This document shows positions 54,021-60,999 of a stretch of 64,000 bases of DNA, in pieces (the stretch's first letter is position 1; each line of letters starts with the position of its first letter). The notes under the pieces were generated by a model, which ran no database searches, was not told the DNA's origin, and saw only the letters and a list, made by a program, of their open reading frames with translations. The stretch is taken from positions 96,001 to 160,000 of the forward strand of contig JAXMOL010000009.1 in assembly GCA_034669905.1 (NCBI GenBank), written 5' to 3'. The stretch comes from Candidatus Hydrogenedentota bacterium. GTDB lineage: Bacteria > Hydrogenedentota > Hydrogenedentia > Hydrogenedentales > JAEUWI01. The position numbers and the translations under genes are program-made.

Positions 54021-55524
54021 TAAAGAAAAAGGCTTTATGGTCTACGACCGCGAGGTCGCGCAGGACGAAGCACCAGAAGAGCGCTTGAAGCACTACAAAG
54101 AATTCTCAAATTCGTTGCCCCCGGAGCGAGTCACCGAGCAGGCGTACCGTTGCATGAATTGCGGTATTCCCTTCTGCCACAGTGGTTGCCCCCTGGGGAA
54201 TCAGATTCCCGATTTCAACGAGTTGATGAAGGAAGACGATTGGGAAGAGGCGCTGCGCGTCCTTCATTCCACCAATAATTTTCCCGAGTTTACCGGTCGC
54301 GTGTGCCCCGCACCCTGCGAGACCGCGTGCGTGTTGGGTATTAACGAGCCCGCGGTTACGATCGAGATTAACGAGCGCGAAATTGCAGACCGCGGTTGGC
54401 GTGAGGGGTGGGTTACACCCCAGCCGCCGGCAGAGCGCACCGGCAAAACGGTCGCTATCATTGGCTCCGGTCCTGCCGGTTTGGCCGCCGCACAGCAGCT
54501 TAACCGCGCGGGTCACAGTGTCGTCGTCTATGAGCGCTCGGACGAGCCGGGTGGCCTGCTCATGTACGGCATCCCCAACTTCAAGCTGGACAAAGAAATC
54601 GTCCTCCGTCGTGTCGAACAAATGAAGGCCGAAGGGATCGAATTCATTTGTAACGCCGAAGTGGGGGTCGATGTGCCGACAAGCAAGCTCGACCAGTACG
54701 ACGCCGTGGTTATCGCCATTGGCTCGACCAAGAGTCGTACCTTTGAAGGCATGAACGTGCCGGGCTCGGATCTCAAGGGAATTTACCCTGCCATGGATTT
54801 CCTGCCCCAGCAGACCCGCCGTGTCATGGGTAAGACCGTGAAGGAGGACGAGATCCTCGCCACCGACAAGCACGTCATCGTGATTGGTGGTGGTGATACG
54901 GGTTCGGACTGTGTTGGTACGAGTCTCCGTCAGGGCTGTAAGTCCCTGATCAACCTCGAACTGATGCCGAAGCCTCCGGTGGAGCGCATCGCCAACAATC
55001 CCTGGCCCCAGTGGTCCTTTATCTACCGCACCTCCTCCAGCCACAAGGAAGGCGGTGAGCGTAAATACAGTATTCTGACCAAGTCCTTCGAGGACGATGG
55101 CAATGGTAATGTGTGTGCGTTGCACACCGTCGAGCTGGAATGGGGTGAGCCGGATGAAACCGGTCGCCGTCAGATGCAGGAAGTACCCGGTACGGAAAAG
55201 CGTCTGCCCGCCGATCTGGTGCTGCTGGCCATGGGCTTTACCCAACCGGAGACGGATACGTTTGTCAGTGAGTTGGATCTGAAGCTGGAGCGCAACCGCT
55301 TTGGTCAGGGAATTGCCGCGAATACGAAGGACTTCAAAACGTCGAAGGAAAACTACTTCGTGGCGGGCGATGCCCGTCGTGGCCAATCCCTGGTAGTTTG
55401 GGCCATCCATGAAGGACGGGAAGCGGCCCGCGCCGTTGACCTCTATCTGATGGGAGAGTCCACCTTGCAAGCCCGTGATTCCCACGGCTACGACAGCCTT
55501 GCCCGTGAAGGACTCCCCGCGTAG
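54010..55524 (+). CDS. gltD: Glutamate synthase small subunit
   Basis: [44 protein letters not shown]. Confidence 0.97.
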   Translation: MLPDKEKGFMVYDREVAQDEAPEERLKHYKEFSNSLPPERVTEQAYRCMNCGIPFCHSGCPLGNQIPDFNELMKEDDWEEALRVLHSTNNFPEFTGRVCPAPCETACVLGINEPAVTIEINEREIADRGWREGWVTPQPPAERTGKTVAIIGSGPAGLAAAQQLNRAGHSVVVYERSDEPGGLLMYGIPNFKLDKEIVLRRVEQMKAEGIEFICNAEVGVDVPTSKLDQYDAVVIAIGSTKSRTFEGMNVPGSDLKGIYPAMDFLPQQTRRVMGKTVKEDEILATDKHVIVIGGGDTGSDCVGTSLRQGCKSLINLELMPKPPVERIANNPWPQWSFIYRTSSSHKEGGERKYSILTKSFEDDGNGNVCALHTVELEWGEPDETGRRQMQEVPGTEKRLPADLVLLAMGFTQPETDTFVSELDLKLERNRFGQGIAANTKDFKTSKENYFVAGDARRGQSLVVWAIHEGREAARAVDLYLMGESTLQARDSHGYDSLAREGLPA

Positions 55525-55545
55525 GAGTGCCACCGTGCTATTTTG

Positions 55546-55586
55546 AGGCCCGAAGACGCCGCTCACCGGCCGTTTTCGGGCCTTTT
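55546..55586 (+). terminator. Intrinsic terminator after gltD
   Basis: AGGCCCGAAGACG...CGTTTTCGGGCCT plus TTT. Confidence 0.7.
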
Positions 55587-55799
55587 ACTGTCTTCCGGGA
55601 ATTGCCCCGTCGTTTTTGTCACCCTGCAGGGAACCTTTCACGTTATTCAGGTAATTAGACCAAGGGGCTGTAACATCCCCGAGGCGCCACAGGTACAGTA
55701 AGCAGAGAGGGCGACCGCCCGCCCAGGCAGACGGCTTCTACCACTGCGGACCGGTGTGCTATGCTTTGGGAAGCCCCGTGACTTAAAAGGAATAGACTG

Positions 55800-55961
55800 T
55801 TGAAACACTTGCATCTCCTGACACGCGCGCCCCATCGGGCCGATGAGTTTACTACCGGCCAGAAACTGGCCCTGGCCTCTGGCATCGCCGGAGCACTCTC
55901 CAATTTTTACGCTACCAAGGAAGCGACCGATACGGACGATACGACCACCGAGACTACGTAA
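55800..55961 (+). CDS. Putative precursor peptide 1 (53 aa; not in ORF track)
   Basis: AAGGA RBS, TTG start; MKHLHLLTRAPHRADEFTTGQKLALASGIAGALSNFYATKEATDTDDTTTETT; shared leader. Confidence 0.8.
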   Translation: MKHLHLLTRAPHRADEFTTGQKLALASGIAGALSNFYATKEATDTDDTTTETT

Positions 55962-56018
55962 GTAGGAAGTGTGGCACGGCGCTTTTTCCCGTCGAAAGAC
56001 TCTTGAGAGGATACTGCA

Positions 56019-56207
56019 TTGAAACATATAACGCCCGTAAGTCGTGCGCCCCATCAGGCGCAGACGGAAGATTTCAGCCTGGCAGCAATATTTACGCTGC
56101 TCTCCGATATTCTGTTTGCCGTATCGACGGCCGTGATTGCGAAAGAGAGTTCTGACCTGACTGATTTGTCTGCTCTCCTGGGTGGTACCAGTTCCACCAC
56201 GAGCTGA
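56019..56207 (+). CDS. Putative precursor peptide 2 (62 aa)
   Basis: GAGGA RBS, TTG start; MKHITPVSRAPHQAQTEDFSLAAIFTLLSDILFAVSTAVIAKESSD...TTS. Confidence 0.82.
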   Translation: MKHITPVSRAPHQAQTEDFSLAAIFTLLSDILFAVSTAVIAKESSDLTDLSALLGGTSSTTS

Positions 56208-56317
56208 TCGGCACCCTGCATAGAGATACCCCACCATCGAGGCGCCAGACTTTCCGGTCTGTGCACGATTGCTTAGCAAGGGCGACAGGCCCTGCGAAGC
56301 GAGGAAGGAAGTAAATT

Positions 56318-56485
56318 ATGCGACACATGAAATACCTTTCCAAACGGCCAGAGCGGGCCCAGAGTTCCCTGTGCACCAGTATTGGAAGTGATTATCAGGC
56401 GCTCTTGTGCTTCATTATTGAAGCGCTGCAAACCGTGTTTCCGACATTTGCAGAATCCAAGACACCCACCCAGACGGAAACCTGA
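56318..56485 (+). CDS. Putative precursor peptide 3 (55 aa; not in ORF track)
   Basis: GAGGAAGGA RBS; MRHMKYLSKRPERAQSSLCTSIGSDYQALLCFIIEALQTVFPTFAESKTPTQTET. Confidence 0.82.
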   Translation: MRHMKYLSKRPERAQSSLCTSIGSDYQALLCFIIEALQTVFPTFAESKTPTQTET

Positions 56486-56490
56486 GTACG

Positions 56491-56703
56491 GTGGTGTCGT
56501 TGGGTCACACCCCTGTACCGGAGCGACGTCTCCGTTGTATCAGCCGCGTGCCGGAATGCGCCCAGGATCTGGCCCCGGAAGTGAAGTTGACCTTCCTCCG
56601 GGATCTGCTGGCGGTTGGGGGAGGATCTGACGTGTGGGTCGATGCCCTGACGGTGACCATCCCACTCTTTGTGAACAAAGATCCCCAGAATCCTGCTTCC
56701 TGA
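56491..56703 (+). CDS. Putative precursor peptide 4 (start uncertain)
   Basis: Internal leader-like ERRLRCISRVPECAQ aligns without gaps to peptide 3; ends LFVNKDPQNPAS. Confidence 0.68.
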   Translation: MVSLGHTPVPERRLRCISRVPECAQDLAPEVKLTFLRDLLAVGGGSDVWVDALTVTIPLFVNKDPQNPAS

Positions 56704-56786
56704 ACGGGGCGGGTGGATTCAAACTTGTAGCATCTGCGAAAATATGGTCTAATAAGCGCGGATTGAGGACAAACCGGAGTGATTAC

Positions 56787-56912
56787 ATGAAGCACATCAG
56801 GCAGATTTCCACCCCTAAGGCCGATGCGTTTATTGATTTCTACAACGCATTGTTTCGCGCGTGGATCGATTTTCGCAACGGGAAAAAAGACGAAGCACAG
56901 AGCGGCTTCTAG
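56787..56912 (+). CDS. Putative precursor peptide 5 (41 aa)
   Basis: GGAG RBS; MKHIRQISTPKADAFIDFYNALFRAWIDFRNGKKDEAQSGF; ORF track over-extends it to 56634. Confidence 0.82.
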   Translation: MKHIRQISTPKADAFIDFYNALFRAWIDFRNGKKDEAQSGF

Positions 56913-56976
56913 CTTTTCCACCCATTATGCATGCAGTACCGGGGCCTGACGCCCAGCGCGCGGGCTCCGGTTCCTT

Positions 56977-57561
56977 GTGGACACCACATCGTCCCGGGTT
57001 ATTTGGAGATTGGGCACAGCCGTGATTCGAGGGGACCATACCTTTATTCGGGGCACGGAGCAAGACGATGTGGAGGCCTTGTACCAGCTCTATATGCTGG
57101 GGGAGATCCGCGCCGGTCTGTTAGACGTGCGCCGTGAACCCCTGTTGCCCACACGGGATGACCTGCGTGACCTGCTGACGCGAAAAGAAATTGCCGACGG
57201 CACCTTTTATACCGTGGAAGATCGGGAAGGATGTATCGTCGGATTTTGCAGTCTGCGCGGGCACAATGCCGAATCCGGATTTATCGAGTATATCCTGGAG
57301 TTCGCCGACACCGCGCACTATGCAACGCCCCTGGCTGAAGAGGCCCACGCCTTTCTGTTGGAACGGGCATTCACGCGCCTTCGTGTGCGCAAGGTGCTGG
57401 CCCATGCGGTATCCGGTGAAACAGCCCTGACAGGTTTCCTGGAGTCCGTCGGCTTTCAAAGCGCCGGTACGCAGCGTGACGTGGTCTTTGCGCAGGGTTG
57501 TTGGCACCATCTGGAGACGCTTGTGTTGCGTTCGGCAGATCTTGATCGAAGGGGGGACTGA
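56977..57561 (+). CDS. RimJ/RimL-type GNAT-fold protein (divergent)
   Basis: IR...DD N-terminus, IVGFCSL, AF-x-L-x-VRKV, GFQSAG-x-R C-terminal pattern; canonical acyl-CoA loop not evident; start uncertain. Confidence 0.75.
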   Translation: MDTTSSRVIWRLGTAVIRGDHTFIRGTEQDDVEALYQLYMLGEIRAGLLDVRREPLLPTRDDLRDLLTRKEIADGTFYTVEDREGCIVGFCSLRGHNAESGFIEYILEFADTAHYATPLAEEAHAFLLERAFTRLRVRKVLAHAVSGETALTGFLESVGFQSAGTQRDVVFAQGCWHHLETLVLRSADLDRRGD

Positions 57562-57568
57562 GGCGACC

Positions 57569-58198
57569 ATGGCTCTGACGACCCAAACCTATATACGCCG
57601 TGCGGAGCGGGACGATCTGGACTTGGTCGTCGCGTGGATGGAGCACGAAGATTTTCAGCGATTCCTCTACGGCGATCCCGCCCGATCCCCCAAGCAGGTG
57701 CGTGAGAAGATTGTGGCCATGTTGGGGCGCGCGGTGGGGCACACCATGCCGGGCGGCATATACCTGCTGATTGATTCCCCGACCCTCGGCCCGCTGGGCC
57801 TGCTTTCGTTGCAGAATATCAGCTGGCGGAATCGTTCGTGCAGCATCGATCTTTATATTGGAAAAGCGGAACACCGGCGGGGCCTGATTGCGGCCAGCGC
57901 CATCTATCAGACCCTGGAATATTGTTTTCACGAGTTGAATCTGCACCGGGTTACCGCCTATATCTACGCCTTCAATACGGCTTCCTGGCGGATTCTCGAG
58001 AAGACCGGCGCCCGGCGCGAGTTGGTGCTCACCGAGCATGTGGCGCGGGATGGCGTGCTTCATGACCTGTATGGTTATGGCCTGCTACGGGCTGAATTCG
58101 ACGCCTTTCGGGCCCACTATGAGCGGACCGCCGAGGGTTTCTCCTTAAAGACCATGATTGAATCCCTGAGTGCGGCCGCACCGGAGTCGGGCGGGTGA
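57569..58198 (+). CDS. RimJ/RimL-type GNAT N-acyltransferase
   Basis: IRRAERDDL, HRRGLIA loop, FHELNLHRV, NTASWRILEKTG, HD-x-YGLLR. Confidence 0.88.
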   Translation: MALTTQTYIRRAERDDLDLVVAWMEHEDFQRFLYGDPARSPKQVREKIVAMLGRAVGHTMPGGIYLLIDSPTLGPLGLLSLQNISWRNRSCSIDLYIGKAEHRRGLIAASAIYQTLEYCFHELNLHRVTAYIYAFNTASWRILEKTGARRELVLTEHVARDGVLHDLYGYGLLRAEFDAFRAHYERTAEGFSLKTMIESLSAAAPESGG

Positions 58199-59088
58199 AC
58201 CTGCTGATACTGGCGACACTCGCTGCCTATATGGTCCACGCCCTGTTTATTCACTGGCGTCAGGGGCCGGAAGAGGAAGGGGAGGACACCCACCTGCACC
58301 GCGGGATGCCCTTTCCGGTGATGCCGGTTATGCTGTTCCTGTTCTGCCAGGTGATGGGGACCCCTGCGATTACCGAACGCCTGTTTCGCCTGGAATCCCT
58401 GGTGATTGGTGGGGGGCTGTTTCTGCTCTTGCTGTTCCGACAACTTCGGCGCAAGAGCGATGCGGAAGGCGCGATGAGTCTCAGCGCGCGTACTTCCTAT
58501 TTGGTGGGGGGGCTCCTTCAGACCGCCCTTTTGGGCGTCGCGTGTTACATGGCGTACCAGGAAGATGCCCTGGGACGGAGCCTTTTCAGTCCCGGATGGG
58601 TTATACTAGGGGCGATTGTGGGTCACGGCGTTTTCGGTGTGTCGTTGTGTTTCAGCCATCGCTCCCTGGATTCGCTCATGGGGATAGTGCGCTATGTTAT
58701 CGGCGTCCGTCCCTTGTTTCGTTTCGTGGCCAAGGCACCCCAGCAACTGTTTGCGTGTATTGATGTGAGCCTCATGGAAGAAATTATCTACCGTGTGGCC
58801 GTGCAGGGTGCCTTGATCGCGCTGCTTGGAAGCCCAGCCGCGGCGATAATTGTCGCCGCCCTGGTGTTCTCCATCGTACACCGTCACTTTTTTTACAATC
58901 ACGTGGTGGACTCCATCGAGTTTCTGGCGTTTTCCCTCTTACTGGGAGCCGTCTACTACGTCACGGACAGCCTGGTGCTGGTGGTGATGATCCACACCGT
59001 GCGAAATTTTGAGATCGTATATTTTGACCACGCGGAGCGTCCGCTCGGGCGGAATACCGACACTCCCATCCCTGAAAAGGCGTCGTAA
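58195..59088 (+). CDS. CPBP (Abi/CAAX type II) intramembrane endopeptidase
   Basis: EEIIYR, FSIVH and HTVRN motifs all intact; multi-TM; GTGA overlap with the GNAT. Confidence 0.88.
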   Translation: MNLLILATLAAYMVHALFIHWRQGPEEEGEDTHLHRGMPFPVMPVMLFLFCQVMGTPAITERLFRLESLVIGGGLFLLLLFRQLRRKSDAEGAMSLSARTSYLVGGLLQTALLGVACYMAYQEDALGRSLFSPGWVILGAIVGHGVFGVSLCFSHRSLDSLMGIVRYVIGVRPLFRFVAKAPQQLFACIDVSLMEEIIYRVAVQGALIALLGSPAAAIIVAALVFSIVHRHFFYNHVVDSIEFLAFSLLLGAVYYVTDSLVLVVMIHTVRNFEIVYFDHAERPLGRNTDTPIPEKAS

Positions 59089-59091
59089 TTC

Positions 59092-60117
59092 ATGACAGAA
59101 TCAACAGGTCCGTTGATCGAGCTCTCTCGATTAAACAAAACCTTTACCCTGCGCAATTTCTTCTATAAAGACGAAGAAACGGGCAAGCGCCAGCTCTATC
59201 GAAAACGACTGGTCAAGGCCGTCCAGAATATTAACTTCACGATTGAGCGTGGCGAGATTTTCGGACTGCTCGGCCCCAACGGTGCCGGTAAGACGACCAC
59301 TGTAAAAATGTTAAGCGGCCTGGTTCAGCCCGACGAGGGTATGGTCACCGTCGATGGCCTCGACGTCGAACGCCACCGCCAGAAAGTGCTGCGGAAAGTG
59401 GGGGTGGTGCTGGAAGGTACCCGTACCAGCATCTGGCCTCTGACGCCCATGGAAAACCTCGCGTATTACGGGAACCTGAAGAACGTGAAGGGTTCGGTCC
59501 TTTCCGAGCGCTCCAATCGCCTCTTGGACTTTATTGGGCTCCAGGATAAGAAGCACGTGGAGGTTCGTCATCTGTCTCGCGGCCAGAAGCAAAAGCTCGC
59601 TATCTGCATCGCGTTGATCGGGGACCCCCAGGTGTTGCTCTTGGATGAACCCACGACGGGGCTGGACGTGCAGAGTGCCCGGGCCATCAAAGACAAGATT
59701 ATCGAGATGACCCGCGAGTATGGCAAGAGCGTCCTCGTAACGACCCACGACATGCACGTGGCGCAGGAATTGTGCGACCGCATTGGCATCATCGATAAGG
59801 GGCAATTGGTGGCCTGCAAACCGACCCAGGAGTTGTTGGGCAATTTCTCCGATCAGGTCTATGTATTTCAGCTGGACCGCGCGCCGGATATTGCCGCATT
59901 AGAGCAGGTGCCGGGTGTCCTAACGGTGACGACGGAACTGACGACGGAAGGGCCTACGGCGGTCGTCAATCTCGAACCCGAGCCGGCCGCCCGATCGCGG
60001 GCACTCTATGCCGTGATGGAAGCACTGTCCCAGGGGAACTACGAGTTGCGAAGCATTGCGCAGCGCCAGCAAAACCTCGAGAGCGTGTTCCTCCAGCTGA
60101 CCACGAGCACGATGTAG
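59092..60117 (+). CDS. ABC exporter ATPase (DrrA/CcmA-like)
   Basis: GPNGAGKTT, LSRGQKQK, LDEPTTGLD, TTHDM, C-terminal LESVF. Confidence 0.92.
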   Translation: MTESTGPLIELSRLNKTFTLRNFFYKDEETGKRQLYRKRLVKAVQNINFTIERGEIFGLLGPNGAGKTTTVKMLSGLVQPDEGMVTVDGLDVERHRQKVLRKVGVVLEGTRTSIWPLTPMENLAYYGNLKNVKGSVLSERSNRLLDFIGLQDKKHVEVRHLSRGQKQKLAICIALIGDPQVLLLDEPTTGLDVQSARAIKDKIIEMTREYGKSVLVTTHDMHVAQELCDRIGIIDKGQLVACKPTQELLGNFSDQVYVFQLDRAPDIAALEQVPGVLTVTTELTTEGPTAVVNLEPEPAARSRALYAVMEALSQGNYELRSIAQRQQNLESVFLQLTTSTM

Positions 60118-60159
60118 CACCCGAATCAAGATGAAAACCGAACAGGAGAACGAGAAAAC

Positions 60160-60999
60160 ATGAGTTTTCTTCTCGTTATGAAAGCAGAAATCGTGCGCAC
60201 CCTGATCATCATGCGCCGCTATTGGCTTCGCACGATTATGGGTATGGTCATGGGCTACGGTATGTTGATCGTACTCATCCTGGGCTTCATGCTCAGTCGG
60301 GAAGAGGTGACCAACTCCATGAATGATCGCTTCGGCGATCCGGAAGCGGCCACCAATTTCGTCTTGGGCTTCATTATTGGTATGTTTGCCTTTGGTATTG
60401 TGGGCATGTTTACCCAGGGGCTCCAGGGAATGGCCGTCAGCGGCGTGTTGGAGCAGCTTTGCCTGAGTCCCCACGGATTGGTGACCAACTTTCTCGCCCG
60501 TAGCACTGTGGCCGCTATTACGACCTGTTTCTCGTCGAGTCTCATGGTTTGGATGGTGACTGCGACCGTCGGGGGGACGCTGTTCTTCAACGGCCCCGCC
60601 TTGGCCCTGCTCCTCATATTGACCTTCATCAATCTCCTGGGCTTCGGCTTTATGATGGGCGGGCTGATTCTCGTGTTTAAACAAGTGGGGCAGGTGGCGA
60701 TCCTGATCCGCATGGGGCTTTTTGCCCTGGCGATATTTGCCAAAGAGGAGTTGCTCGAGCAGGGCTGGGCGATGGCGACTCTCGTCCATTCGCTGCCCAT
60801 CGCCGATGCGGCCATCCTGTTGAAGCACGTACTTATCAAGAACCAGGGGCTGGTGGATGGGAACTACGTTCCGATTTATCAGCATCCCTCCCTGTTCTTT
60901 CTCTTGCTCAGTTGTGCCGTTTGGACCACGCTGGGGATCACGTGCTTCAAGATGATGGAAAACTGGAGCCGTGCCAAGGGAACCCTGGGGACCTACTAA
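60160..60999 (+). CDS. ABC-2 type exporter permease
   Basis: About 6 TM helices, GVLEQLCLSP motif, C-terminal KGTLGTY. Confidence 0.85.
   Translation: MSFLLVMKAEIVRTLIIMRRYWLRTIMGMVMGYGMLIVLILGFMLSREEVTNSMNDRFGDPEAATNFVLGFIIGMFAFGIVGMFTQGLQGMAVSGVLEQLCLSPHGLVTNFLARSTVAAITTCFSSSLMVWMVTATVGGTLFFNGPALALLLILTFINLLGFGFMMGGLILVFKQVGQVAILIRMGLFALAIFAKEELLEQGWAMATLVHSLPIADAAILLKHVLIKNQGLVDGNYVPIYQHPSLFFLLLSCAVWTTLGITCFKMMENWSRAKGTLGTY

Noticed and set aside
55647..56921. ORF-track calls 55647..56279(-), 56092..56376(-), 56382..56630(+), 56505..56921(-)
   Set aside because: They overlap the RBS-supported, leader-sharing peptide ORFs and show no motifs of their own.
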